A DNA stretch of 64,000 bases from Felis catus (Eukaryota), in NCBI RefSeq assembly GCF_018350175.1, contig NC_058368.1, positions 114,888,001-114,952,000 of the forward strand, written 5' to 3'. Below are positions 37,429 to 49,468 of this stretch, piece after piece. The number at the start of each line of letters is the position of its first letter. Within the stretch, counting starts at the first letter, position 1. The notes beneath the pieces were generated by a model. The model was given only the letters and a program-made list of their open reading frames with translations, had not been told where the DNA came from and ran no database searches. The translations under genes were made by a program, and so were the position numbers.

Positions 37429-38367
37429 ACAAATGTTGCTGTTCCTTTTGCTTGAGATGCTGACTCCCTCAATTTTAACACCAAAAATCCTTCCAGTCCT
37501 TTGAGAGAAGAGTCCATTTCACAGTACCATGTTTCCCATAAAACTGTTGCTGGCATTTCACTTCTTCCTCAACACTGGTTGTTAGTGCTTTTTCCTTTGA
37601 AACTGTGTGTACTTTTATGTTTTTCTTAAAGCTTTTATGTTAAAATGCCACATAATTTATGTCCGTGGCCATGATCACATTCTTTTTTTTTTCTGGATTG
37701 TAAACCACTTGAAAGCAGAGATAGTCTTGTTCAGCTTTGTATCCCTAGTGGTTGATTTGTTTTAGTGTTAGCAAGTTCTCAATAAATAAGTGAAATTCTA
37801 CTTATTGTATAAGCCAGTATCTCTTATTTAATATTAATATTGTTTAAGGTAAATACCTTTTTCTGCAAGGCTTTTGAGATAGCTTCTTCATGAATAAATA
37901 GCTTTTCCTACAATCTCCCGGTAGCACCTTGTCCACGGGGCTTTTGTAATTCTGATTGTATTGTATTACTCCCTGATTTGTGAGCCCGTTGCATCTAGGT
38001 ATATTGTCTTAATCTACCTTTAATTGTTTGCTTGTCTGTCTTCCTCCCTCTTTAGAGTTCCATGAGGACATGGGCTGTTTCTTGGGTGCTGTATCACTGG
38101 CACTTAAGTCAGACTTTGATGTATGTGGGTGCTCATATTTGTTGAATAAATGAATGAATGAAGGAGCTCAGTATTTTTAGTTATCATAACAGTTTTAATG
38201 TTACGTATCCACATCATTGCCATATGTCATTATCTTTCTGTGTCTGTGTTGTCTTAGGTTCAGGAAAGTTTTTTTTACTATGAAATTCTTCATTGTGATT
38301 ATTTCTTATCTGACATATTTGCAGAGCTTGTCTTTACTCTTAATACTATACTGTGCTCTAAGCCCAG

Positions 38368-38429
38368 TAGATTACTATAGATTACTGTAGATTACTGTAG
38401 ATTACTATATAAACCCATATAGATTACTA
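38368..38429 (+). repeat. 10-bp tandem repeat tagattact(a/g) x4 plus one displaced copy
   Basis: Directly visible. Confidence 0.9.
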
Positions 38430-38666
38430 TATGAATCTGAGGGTGAATTTAACTTTTTCCCCTCTAAGGTCCTATTCTACAGATAAATTTGATAGGAGAA
38501 ATTTGATAAGACTCTTTAGATAGAACTAGGCTTCTTGAGAATGCACTTGTTTATATTACTGGAAGAGACGTGAGAATGTATGGCCTTTAGGCTTTAATCT
38601 GGAGTGGACATGTTCAGCCAAGGGAGGAAGTAATTGCTTTCCCAGGAATCCAAAGATAGTCCCTAT

Positions 38667-38718
38667 ACAGGCACTGTCTGAATAACTGATGAACAGGCAC
38701 TGTCCGAATAACTGATGG
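38667..38718 (+). repeat. 26-bp tandem duplication acaggcactgtc(t/c)gaataactgatg
   Basis: Two copies with 2 mismatches. Confidence 0.9.
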
Positions 38719-39509
38719 AACAGACACAGTCCTGGCCCTCCATTTGCTTAGAGCTGTAAGAAAAGAGGGACAGTATACACTTTAAATGATTATTAATAGA
38801 AACGTGATGAAAATGTAAGTTATTTTACAAGTTTCTAGGAAACATTATAAATAAATTATTAGTATTGTTGAATTTAGGATTGGATACTATAACCAACCAT
38901 GGGTAGTCCTAGAAACTTTGGTAAAATATATTGCATATATTTTTAGCTTAATTTTTTAATTATGGATATTAATACCTGTTCGTTATAGAAAATGTTTTTA
39001 TAAGTACAGCATAATGTAAAGAGCAAGATTGTAACCTAGTATAACTATTATTTGCCTTGTGATTCCTGTCTTTTCTCTCTCTGATTTTTTTTAAACAGGC
39101 TACATATATCTATCATTTTCTTTTCTTTATGCTTATGGTTTCATTATATACATTAACATTTTTTCATATATATGTTAATATTTGCATAATAGTCAATTGT
39201 AGAATGTACCATAATTGACTTAACTAGATGCTTATTGTTGAGTATTTGAGTTGTTGTCAGGGTTTTAGTATGAGGAAGATGAATAAGTCATTGACTCCGG
39301 TCTGACTTTTCATATACTGGTGAGATGGTTAATGAAGTGTGGTGGTCATACATAATAGTTGCTGTATTTCTGTACCATTCTGTAGATGTGAGGGTGGATC
39401 ACATTAGATCCTTTTTTTTTTCCTCACATCTTTTTTATTTTTTCTCCTTAGGATACTTATAATGCTCCTTTCTGAAAAGGAGCTGTTTTGTTTTTTAAAG
39501 ATCCCTCCC

Positions 39510-39732
39510 CCTTTTAATGTTTATTCATTTTGAGGGAGAGAGAGAGAGAGTGAGCGCACGTGCGAGAGCCCATGTGCATGTAGGGGAGGGACAGAGATAG
39601 GAGACTGAGAATCCCAAGCAGACTGTGCTGTCAGCGTAGAGCCTAATGTGGGGCTCTATCTCACAAACTGTGAGATCATGACCTGAGCTGAAATCTATAG
39701 TTGGATGCTTAACTGAGTCACCCAGATGCCCT
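39510..39732 (-). mobile_element. Can-SINE
   Basis: Typical body and tail. Confidence 0.85.
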
Positions 39733-39995
39733 GGAAAGGAGTGTTTTTAAGGCTTTTTATCTATAGCACCAAATCACTTTCCAGAGAGTGTGTTTTTACC
39801 AACAGTATGCAAGGGTGCTTTTCTTAGTGACTGCTGTAAAACAAACAAAAGAAAACAAAACAATAAAAACGGGAGCCCTTAAATTCTGTGCATGGACTGT
39901 GTAAGGTTTGAACTATTTTTATTGTAATTTTTTAAAATATAGACCAGTTATTTGGTTCATTTCTGATGAGTTTGTTTTTTCATGATGTGAAACAG

Positions 39996-40162
39996 GTGAT
40001 TTGATGAAGACTGCTGCGGGAGAGTTTGCAGATGATCCCTGCTCTTCTGTGAAGCGTGGCAACATGGTTCGGGCAGCTCGAGCTTTGCTCTCTGCTGTTA
40101 CCCGGCTGCTTATTTTGGCTGACATGGCAGATGTCTACAAATTACTTGTTCAGCTGAAAGTT
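39996..40162 (+). CDS. CTNNA1: CTNNA1 exon 4 (GDLMKTAAGEFADDPCSSVKRGNMVRAARALLSAVTRLLILADMADVYKLLVQLKV)
   Basis: Acceptor aaacag|GT, 167 nt, donor GTT|gtaagt; phase 1-0; matches ORF 40001..40186. Confidence 0.98.
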
Positions 40163-40499
40163 GTAAGTACAGGCCTGTGTCTGTAATTTGTTCTCTCCAT
40201 CACAGTGAGGCTGCTGCTGGCCATGCTTAATTCAGCATTCCTTAGAATTTGGTTTGGTTTTGACCTTCGTTTACCCAAGTGCACCAGGAATGTTTTCCTT
40301 TCGTTTCTATTTCCTTCTCTACTCTGGGTGTATCTCATACCGATAGCGCTATGATTCTCTTTAGTCTTCATTCTGATGCAGAGCATGTAGCAAAGATAAT
40401 GTTTTGACTCCTTCTCTCTGCAGTAGTGATTAAGCATTTCCTTGTACCAGTAGAGTTCCAGAGTTGAGAAACCAAGATAGTTTAAATTGTATTGTTTTA

Positions 40500-40692
40500 T
40501 TTTTATTTATTTATTTGTTTGTTTGTTTGTTTATGTTTATTTTTGAGAGAGAGAGTGCAGACAGACAGAATCCAAAACAGTCTCCAGGTTCTGAGCTGTC
40601 AGCACAGAGCCTGATGTGGGGCTCGAACTCACAAACCATGAGATCATGACTTGAGCTGAAGTGAGATGCCTTGAGCGCCACCCACATGCCCC
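40500..40692 (-). mobile_element. Can-SINE in short intron 4
   Basis: TSD taaattgtattgtttta (40483-40499 / 40693-40709). Confidence 0.9.
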
Positions 40693-40910
40693 TAAATTGT
40701 ATTGTTTTAGATAGCACGGTATATTGCTCTTCTTCCCACTTCCCATAAAATTCCCGTGTAGTAACTGCTCAAATGTTTGAGGGTCATGTAAACTGAAGAG
40801 GGAGTTTGGATTGCTGAGGAACTGTTAAAAGGAATAAAATGTTATAGATCTTTTTTATATACATATTTGTATTGTTTAGAATTTTTCTTATTTAGGAGTG
40901 TGTTTTATAG

Positions 40911-41030
40911 GTGGAAGATGGTATCTTGAAACTGAGGAATGCTGGCACTGAACAAGACTTAGGAATACAGTATAAAGCCCTGAAACCTGAAGTGGATAAG
41001 CTGAACATTATGGCAGCCAAAAGGCAACAG
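40911..41030 (+). CDS. CTNNA1: CTNNA1 exon 5 (VEDGILKLRNAGTEQDLGIQYKALKPEVDKLNIMAAKRQQ)
   Basis: Acceptor ttttatag|GTG, 120 nt, donor CAG|gtatag; phase 0-0. Confidence 0.97.
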
Positions 41031-41249
41031 GTATAGTCATGATTTGGGGACATATTAAAATTGTTTATATTATTATCTTGTGGGAAAAAGTGATTTTAAC
41101 CTGAGTTTTCTGAAGGTACAATTACCACCCTCTGACAGTATAGTTCCATTAAAACATTTAATTCGTGAAGTATCCTGTCACTATTGTGTTGTTAAGTTGC
41201 ATTCATGTTATGCTTCTATTTTAATTCTTGTGAAGATTGTGCTTTAAAC

Positions 41250-41302
41250 TTTTTTAAAGTTTATTTGAGAGAGATAGAGAGTGGGGGAGGATCTGAGAGA
41301 GA

Positions 41303-41345
<43 letters not shown>

Positions 41346-41448
41346 AGAGAAACCCATTGTAGGGCTTGAACCCACAAACTGTGAGATCATGAGTTGAGCT
41401 GAAACCAAGAGTTGGATGCTTAACTGACTGAGCCACCCAAGGGCCCCT
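41250..41448 (-). mobile_element. Can-SINE with (GA)n
   Basis: TSD-like attgtgctttaaa. Confidence 0.85.
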
Positions 41449-41724
41449 TAAAATTGTGCTTTAAATAACTTGGTGTCTGGACAGATGATAAGGACTTTGT
41501 TATGTGCCTTCAAGGATTAACTTCAGTTGGCATTGGAGTGTAATTCAGATTTTTAAAAACCATAAGCCAGTTGAAACGTATTGGAATTACTGGCATATCA
41601 GAAACTATCACTGCTCTCCCCTCATGTTTGGTCACTTTTCAAGTTATATCTTATAAATCGTTCTTAATAGTTTCCTTAGTGTTATGAATTTGTGTTGTGT
41701 GGCATGTGGATCAGTCGTCGTTGT

Positions 41725-41931
41725 CTTCTTCTTCTTCTTCTTCTTTTTTTTAAGTTTATTTCTTTTTGAGGTGCAGAAGAGGGAGGTTCAGAGAGAGAGA
41801 GGGAGAGAGAGAATCCCATGCAGTCTGTGCTCTCAGTTCAGAGCCCATCATGATCTCACCAACTGTGAGATCATATCCTGAGCCGAAATCACGAGTCGGA
41901 CGCTTAACTGACTGAGCGACCTGTGTGCTCC
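41725..41931 (-). mobile_element. Can-SINE with (CTT)n tail
   Basis: Diverged head; TSD-like tggatca...gt. Confidence 0.8.
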
Positions 41932-42157
41932 TGGATCATTGTTCTTATTTTTCCAAGCTTTGCTATCCTTTTGGTGTTTTGGCTTTTAAGGTGCTTTAAG
42001 TCTTCTCTATGGTCTTCCTGTTGAATGCAGTATGTGCTCTAGGGGAGATGCACATGTCACCATTCAGTTTCTTAAAATTTCCATAGTTCTGATCAGGCTT
42101 GTGCTTTTTCATAAAGCCCTGAAAAGATAAATTCTTGTTATCATTTGCTAATACTTG

Positions 42158-42415
42158 CATCAGTTAGGATATTTCATGCTGCAGTTCAGAAAACCCAGCT
42201 CCAAAACTGCTTGAACAATGGGGGATTTATTTTCTTACTAATCAGAAGTCCCAAATTAGGTGTGATTTTGAGGTAGCTAAGATAAAAGGTTTTGCAAGTA
42301 TCATCATGGATCCAGGTTCTTGACCTTTTCCAGCACTGCAGTGTTCACTGTCCCTGGTACTGGATGGCTGTAGAAGCTCTGGACATGGTATTTGTACAGA
42401 TCACTATGTCCAGCA

Positions 42416-42450
<35 letters not shown>

Positions 42451-42700
42451 CAAAAAACCAACAGCAACAAAAAACAAAAAACTGTTTCTTCCATAGGTCT
42501 TTTTTAGAAGCAAATGATCTAGAAGCCCTTAACAGATTTGCCCTAAATCTGAATTTTGTAACATACCCATTCTTCACTGATTATGAGTGAGAAGAAATCA
42601 GTTGTTATGTCTGACTCTGTGACAAAGATCTCCCCTCTGGTCTGGGATGAGAGTATCTTTCTTCAGGACAGGGACACCCAAAAAGGGCTCTGACACGCGT
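42158..42700 (-). mobile_element. Old MaLR LTR (MLT1J/K-like)
   Basis: tcagttaggat...gctgcagttcagaaaacccagctccaaaactgcttgaacaat...ggatttattttctta; 3' boundary uncertain. Confidence 0.5.
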
Positions 42701-43199
42701 GAGGAAAATGGAGTCAGTACTGTAAATGTCCAATATATGCCAGTCTCAGCTTTGCATACTTCTTAGTAACTTTCAGTAGTATAATAGTATAAAATCTTTA
42801 CCCCATAGGATTGAAAAGATTAAATTAAGTAATGTATGTAAAGTATTTAATACGATTATGGACCATATTTCAAGCTTAGGTTATTATCAGACTGAATTTG
42901 CACATATGAGATCCTGGTTTTACATTTCCATTACTTAATATTAGACATTATAATATACCTAGGTTTGGTATATTGCCTGAGTAATTTAGTTCATGTAGAC
43001 ATAGTTTTTTTTTTATCATTTATTCCTGTGTTGGCTTATGTCTGCATCAAATAAATCACAAATAAGTTTTTTTGTTTTTGTTGGGCCTCATTGATTCTAA
43101 AAACTTGTTTTGTGGTATGGTAATTCCATAAATATCCATGCTGGACCAATTATGTTTACAATTTATTTAATGTTTTTGATATAAATTCTCATTTGTTTT

Positions 43200-43440
43200 G
43201 TTTTTGTTTCGTTTTATTTAAAAAAATGTATGAACATTTTTAATTTATTATGTATTTTGAGAGAGAGAAAGAGAAAGAGAAGGAAGTGGGGAGGGGAGTA
43301 AGGAGAGAGAGAATCCTAAGCAGGCTCTGCACTGTCAGCACAGAGCCTGACTTGGGGCTCGATCTCATGAACCATGAAATCATGACTTGGGCTGAAATGA
43401 AAAGTTGGATGCTCAACCGACTGAGCCACCCAGGTGCCCC
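43200..43440 (-). mobile_element. Can-SINE
   Basis: TSD taaattctcattt. Confidence 0.9.
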
Positions 43441-43714
43441 TAAATTCTCATTTAAATACATGAAATAAATGTTAGTTATACTTAAAAAATAAAGTTTGGT
43501 GAATAGTCCCACAGTCATAATGCCTAGTCTGATTTTGGTTTATGAAGGCTTATTATTTGAGGAAAGTGAGAAAATTTAGACTGATACTATATTGCCTATC
43601 TTTGCAAAATGGTAGAATAGGTAAATTGATGTTGTTCTTGAGATAGAACACAATGATAGTCCAGACCTTTGTATGCTATGGGAAAAACTTACTGAAGAGT
43701 AATGCTGCCTGACT

Positions 43715-43921
43715 TTTTTTCTTTTTAATGGTTATTTATTTTGAGAGACAGAGAATACATGCTCATGAGCAGGGGAGGGGCAGAGAGAGAGAGAATCCCA
43801 AGCAGGCTATGTGCTGCCAGCACAGAGCCCAACACAGGGCTTGATCCCACAACCACGGGATCATGACCTGAGCTGAAATCCAAAGTCGGACGCTCAACCT
43901 ACCCAGCCATCCAGGTGTCCC
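43715..43921 (-). mobile_element. Can-SINE
   Basis: TSD aatgctgc(c/t)tgacttttt. Confidence 0.9.
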
Positions 43922-44072
43922 AATGCTGCTTGACTTTTTAATTCTGTGTGCCATGAATACATGAAGAGTTCCTTAAACATAATCCCTGATGTATTAAAAA
44001 AAAAAAAAAGTAGTAAATTTCAAATACTTCTGAAATAAGATGTAATTAAAATCTTGAAGTTATTATTTAACA

Positions 44073-44510
44073 TGCTGAATGGTTTTCTGTCTGCCTCTCC
44101 ATATCTGTTTTCTACCCTTGTTCATCCTGTTCTTTGCCCCAGGGATCTGACCTGTCTGGACAGCCTCCAGGGCTTCTTTGCCCTCTAGTCCTGGTTGGGT
44201 TTGGCCGGTGGTAGCATCAGTAGGAGATCAGAGGAGATAGGAGATAGAGGCTGGGGTTTATTCCCCTGGCTCCCACCCTGCTTGTTGCTCTGGGTGGCTA
44301 AAGTCATAGCCCCTGTTGGGGTGGTATTCTCCACACACCTTGCTCCCTGGATTCTGGTAACTGTTGCCTCCTTGTTTCTTCAGGCCTAAGTGACCTAACA
44401 GCCTTGTGGTTTCCCTGTACTTTCCTTATACCTTTGTAGCAGAGTCCCTAAAACGTCTTTGAGTTAGTTTGATTGTACCAGCTGTTTTCTGTTGTACCTT
44501 GATTGATACA
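44073..44510 (+). mobile_element. LTR33-like ERVL solo LTR
   Basis: ttgccctctagtcctggttgggtttggcc...ggagatcagagg...tttattcccctggctccc... ends tgattgataca. Confidence 0.75.
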
Positions 44511-45189
44511 TGTTTCCATTTTAAAGTTTGTCTTGGGTTTTGTAGTATGTCCTGGTCATTTGTAGTTTTAATTGGGCCTAATTCTTTAACCTTCAACTGT
44601 GGCTTTCTGCAGTAGAATCCATTGAGTAAGTTGGCCATGGGCTTCTTTGTGCCTCCTGTTGATAAAATAGTCTTTTGTAGGACCTGGGTCTTGGTGGTGT
44701 ATATTCCTATAAACTAGTGCTTTTCTTGGGAATTAAATTGCTACTCATTTTATCCTAAGGTCCCAGCCTGGTGGAAACTTCATTCTTCCTTTTGGATGTT
44801 GCCCAGTGTTCTCCTTCAGCAACTGGTAACAGTTTTTCACACTGTGTTTTCTGGCAGAATTCCTCTCCTGCTATATGCGTAGCCCCTAGACTGTTTTCAC
44901 CTTTAACGTCTTCTCTGCTCAGGCATGATATGTAATAATTAAGCTTCTCATTGAACCTCTTATCTTTGCAGACAGCCCGAGTCCAGAAAAGGGGTATTTC
45001 CTCAAGAGCAGTATTTGGGTGTGATGTATATACTAGCTCCTTTAGCGTCCCTTATATCATTTAAGCAGCAACCCCCCACCAAGGAAATGCTAAACCTCCT
45101 AAGGTCTGGAGGCTCTTTGGAGTTTACCTTTTTCTCCTTAATGTTTTTCTGGAGCATGGTGTGGTGGTGGTAAGGATGTTGCTGAAAAT

Positions 45190-45620
45190 AATAATGAGTA
45201 ACTCTAAAAAGGTGTTTACTATGTGCTACACACTGTTACAAACCCTTTATAAACACACATTCATTTAATCTTCACAGAATAGTATAAGGTAGATGCTGTA
45301 ATTGATAGATACTCATTTAAAAAGATGTTCATTCACTTATTTTTGAGAGAGAGCACACAAGCACGAGTGTGTGGGAGGCAGTGAGAGAGGTAGAGAGAGA
45401 ATCCAAAGCAGGTTCTGCTATCACTCAGAGCCAGATGAGTGGCTTGATCTCTTGACATGAGATCGTAACTTGAGCCAAAATCAAGAGTTGAACACTTAAC
45501 CAACTATACTCATCTTTATAGATCAAAGAACTGGAGTACAGGGAGGTTAAATAACGTGGCAAGGTTATTCATCTAGTCAGAATTGGAGCCAGGTTTTTAA
45601 TCCAGGCTGTCTGCCTCCAG
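45190..45620 (-). mobile_element. MIR interrupted by a Can-SINE (about 45320-45505, minus strand)
   Basis: tttactatgtgctacacactgt...tcatttaatcttcac... resumes ttttatagat...gaggttaaataacgtggcaaggtt. Confidence 0.7.
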
Positions 45621-46819
45621 GGGCAGAGATTTTGTCTGTTCAAATGGCTTTTATAATCCCTGGAGCTTAGAATATTGCTTGGATATGGTAGTGTTTACTA
45701 AATATTTAATGAACAAGTGAATAAGCCACTTTGCTGTACTGCACATCCATCCTGGAATGGGACTCTAAATGTGGTTCTAATCTGTTATTTTCTTGGGCTG
45801 GAATATAATTTGCTCACTATAAGTGTTGAATTTCCTTTAGACTGCAGGCTCTTCTTTTACTGTAAAATAGATGGCAGAGGTGGGGATGGGCCAGCACTGA
45901 CCTTAGTCCCTGTGAGGAGAACTGCATGTGCCTCCTGTGGTCAGTTCTGTCTCTTAGTCTGATAGAGAAGGAGTACCTGCATGTTTACCAAGTACTGGGT
46001 GGTGGATGTTCCACCCACCCAGGTACTTGAGCTTGTTGAGGCATTTGGTAAAAACGTAATGCTTCTTACCTAGTCTCTGAACTCTGACTTTAATGATTTT
46101 TTTTCCTGAAAACTTGAACAGACACAGTAATGGATAGTAATGAATTTTTTGTGTAAATGAATATGGACTAGCTGGGTTTGCCTATGGACCTTTTCTTTAA
46201 GTGTAGTTGTTTGAATTCAAGAGAAGACATCTGATCACATGTGTCTATGGGTACAATTTTATATTAACAATATAAAGAGGGAAATGAGAGGAAACTTGTA
46301 CTTGAATTTCCAGCTCTTGGGTACAAAGAGTGCTATAGATTACTTAGAAGTAAGCTTTTATTTTTTGGTCACTGCATGTGATGCATGTGATGGTTAGTTG
46401 AAATCACGTTGAAAGCAGTCATTTCTTCTTCATGTTTTCTGTTTGCTCCTGAGTGTGCTTGAAACACAATTGGATTGATAAAGTTTGGGAAAAATTGGCT
46501 AAAGTAGACCAAGGGACTCTGATTTCATAGGTAATCTATTATATTCCTTAATAGCTCATTTTTTTTCACCAATCCAGATTACTTATCACTGTTACATATT
46601 TTGAAAATAATACTTAAGATTATTATTCTTATAATAGTAAATAGTGCTGCCTTGTGATAGTGCCCATTTTCCTATGTTTACTTAACAAAATCTAGTTTCT
46701 TTGTACTAAGACAAAAGTAGTTCTTGAGAGAAAGCTGAACACTTTAGCAGTTAGGACAAATGATGATATATAGTTGTCATTTTCATCATAGGTTAAAATA
46801 TATCCCCCTTACTTGGTAA

Positions 46820-47425
46820 ATAGAAATCTCTCAGGCATAAACTGTGATGAGGATAAGATGTGTAGAAAATGCCACACACAACATGTGCATTAGCTGCTTA
46901 AGCATAATGGTTAGCCCTTGCCCCTTGTCATAGCTTGAATCTTGAGGTGATCATCAGTTCTCTAAATCCATGGGGTCCTGTTTCTGAATATTGTACCTAC
47001 TCTAGTCTTTAGAAAGGTAGAAGTTCTCATACCAGGCCAGGCAGGGGCTTTAGGAAAGTCAAGTGTTGAATAGTAATTCTGGCATCTATTAACTTTAGCT
47101 CACCACAAGTGTCTTTGGTAACCTTTGTAAGAGACTGTACTGATCTAGGTTATAGATACTTAGGGAAGAATTCCAAAGCTAATTGCAAAGCATTTTATAA
47201 AACAGAGGACGATATAAGTACTTAGATGCAAATGCCTCCCTAGAAGACTTCAGAGTCTCTGAGGTTGTGGTGATGGCCAGGCATTTAGAAAATGCCACAC
47301 AGAATGTACCCACCATCTGTTTTAACTTAATGGTTAGCCTTAGCCCCCTGTCATTGCTTGAATCTTGAAATGATCACTGATTCTCTAATAAATCCATAGG
47401 GTCCTGTTTCTGAGTATGTTGCCTA
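46820..47425 (+). repeat. Ancient direct duplication, period about 423 nt, with a conserved ~130-nt core
   Basis: tagaaaatgccacac...taatggttagcc...tgtca.agcttgaatcttga..tgatca...ttctcta..aaatccat.gggtcctgtttctga at 46863-46990 and 47286-47416. Confidence 0.9.
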
Positions 47426-48159
47426 ATGTACTATGCTACAGGGCATTTGGAGTGCTATGAGCTATTACTTGCAATTCAGATTCCAAATGAGAAAAGAACT
47501 CTAGGAAGAAAAGTAAGCTGTCATATTATACAAGGTTTGAGTAAAGATGCAAACCTAAAATATATAGTGAAATGAAGTATCAGAAAAAAGAAACCACTTA
47601 GATGTCTCTAATGCTTAATTAGGAACTCATCTAAAAAGATGAGTCATTAAATGGCTAAGTCAGACTTCAAATTGAGTTATTGACTTTGGCCTTTCTTAGT
47701 TAATTTTCTCTTACTGTTTACACATGTAATACTCTTTTAAAACATTTAAATTTGTACTGTAGGGTTTAGTTGGTGTAATTAACATTAGAATTCTATTCAC
47801 AGGTAAAATAGAACAGATCAGGTGGTCAGTTAGTGTTATCACTTCCAATTCTCTTTTGTGGTGGTAATACATACTTACTAAAGACTTAAGTCTCTCCCTC
47901 TCCTCCTGAGCACTTTGAGTAATAATGGGATACCAGAAATATCCTCTTCCTATCTTGCTTATTTGTCACTTATTTGGTATCACTTATTTGTCACTTAGTC
48001 TATCCACTCAGCCTAATAGATGCCAGTAGTAAGAACCATGCTAGGAATCTCAAGTTTTTTTAAACTGTGGATTATAATTATGGTGTAGAGGAAATTGAAA
48101 AGGACAGTTTCACTTAAGACAGCATGTGTATAAAGTATTACAATAAAATGGAAACCTTT

Positions 48160-48327
48160 TGAGAAAAAGAGTGTGTGAGTAGAGGAGAGTGAGAAAGAGA
48201 ATCTCAAGCAAGTTGCACACTCAGTACAGAATCTGATGCGGGTCTGAATCCCAGGACTCTGGGATCATGACCTGAGCTGAAATCAAGAGTAGAATGTTCT
48301 CAAATGACTGAGCCACCCAGATGCCCC
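48160..48327 (-). mobile_element. Can-SINE
   Basis: Head ctgagccacccagatgcccc. Confidence 0.8.
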
Positions 48328-48819
48328 AGACAATCAAATAAAAACCTTTCGGATTAAAGTCATGGAGCACATGAGTCTCAACTTTATGCCTTAATGACCT
48401 ATGTCCTAAGGCCATCTTTGGGATGGGGAGTGGGGCGGGGGAGTTGTGTACTTAAGAGAACAGCTTGGCGCATCTTCACCTAGTTGGTTTGCATAGTTCA
48501 TGTACATCTGTGGTGTCCCAGCCCAAATTAACAAAACTCTTATAATGAACTTTTGTGACTTAATGACAAGTACTCAAACTAAATCTTACCCTATTTAAAT
48601 GTGTATTTGAATGATTTTTCTAATTTGGTTGGAATAGGTACATACAACTTTATGTAGTTGTGATGAAGGTGCCTAGTCAATTTTGTGCTTTGATTTTTAG
48701 TTAGTGCTATGCTAGGTGGCTTACATGCATTATCCCATTTGATCCTCAGGACAGTTAGAAGACAAATATATTATGTTCCTGTTTTACAGAAGGTGAAACT
48801 GAGTATGGGGATTTTATTT

Positions 48820-48938
48820 TATTCTATTTTTAAAGATTTTTATTTTTAAGTAATCTCTACACCCACCATGGGGCTTGAACTTAGAACCTAGAGATCAAGA
48901 GAGTCTCATGTTCTGATGACAGAGCCAGGCAGGTGCCC
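48820..48938 (-). mobile_element. Short Can-SINE inserted in a MIR (about 48700-49060)
   Basis: aagtaatctctacaccca end; MIR core ttttacagaaggtgaaactgag on the flank. Confidence 0.8.
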
Positions 48939-49198
48939 TGAGGTTGGGAATTTTAAATAAGATCACAATAGCCAGGTAAAAGTAGAGCTGGAGATTCAAA
49001 TTCAGAAGTGTCTGGTTTGGAAAAGTTTGAACTCTATGTACTGACCCAGGCTGCCTCCTTTGTTATGAAGCTAAACTGTTAATGAAAGTATTGTGTCTAA
49101 TTAGTAGAAATTCTTAACTTTTCAGCATTTACTGACAAGTTTTTTTATGATTACAACCCATATAAAGACTGCTCCAATTTCTTGTTTTCCTCTTATAG

Positions 49199-49468
49199 GA
49201 ACTGAAAGATGTGGGCCATCGTGATCAGATGGCTGCAGCCAGAGGAATCCTGCAGAAAAATGTTCCGATCCTCTATACTGCGTCCCAGGCATGCCTCCAG
49301 CACCCTGATGTTGCAGCCTATAAGGCTAACAGAGACCTGATATATAAGCAGCTGCAGCAGGCGGTCACAGGCATTTCCAATGCAGCCCAGGCCACTGCAT
49401 CAGACGATGCTTCCCAGCACCAGGGTGGAGGAGGAGGAGAACTGGCTTATGCGCTCAATAACTTTGAT
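49199..49468 (+). CDS. CTNNA1: CTNNA1 exon 6 (ELKDVGHRDQMAAARG...GGGGGELAYALNNFD)
   Basis: Acceptor tcctcttatag|GAA, 270 nt, donor GAT|gtaagt; phase 0-0; matches ORF 49211..49522. Confidence 0.98.

Noticed and set aside
38368..38718. Short direct repeats as a CRISPR-like array
   Set aside because: Eukaryotic intron; only 2-5 copies with no regular unique spacers
39099..39319. Pseudo-exon with acceptor ttttttaaacag and donor CTG|gtgaga
   Set aside because: AT-rich, old L1-like sequence with no exon-like composition; such pairs are common by chance
47393..47403. Minus-strand gaccctatgga resembling mitochondrial 16S rRNA (possible numt)
   Set aside because: Only about 11 nt match and the flanks do not continue
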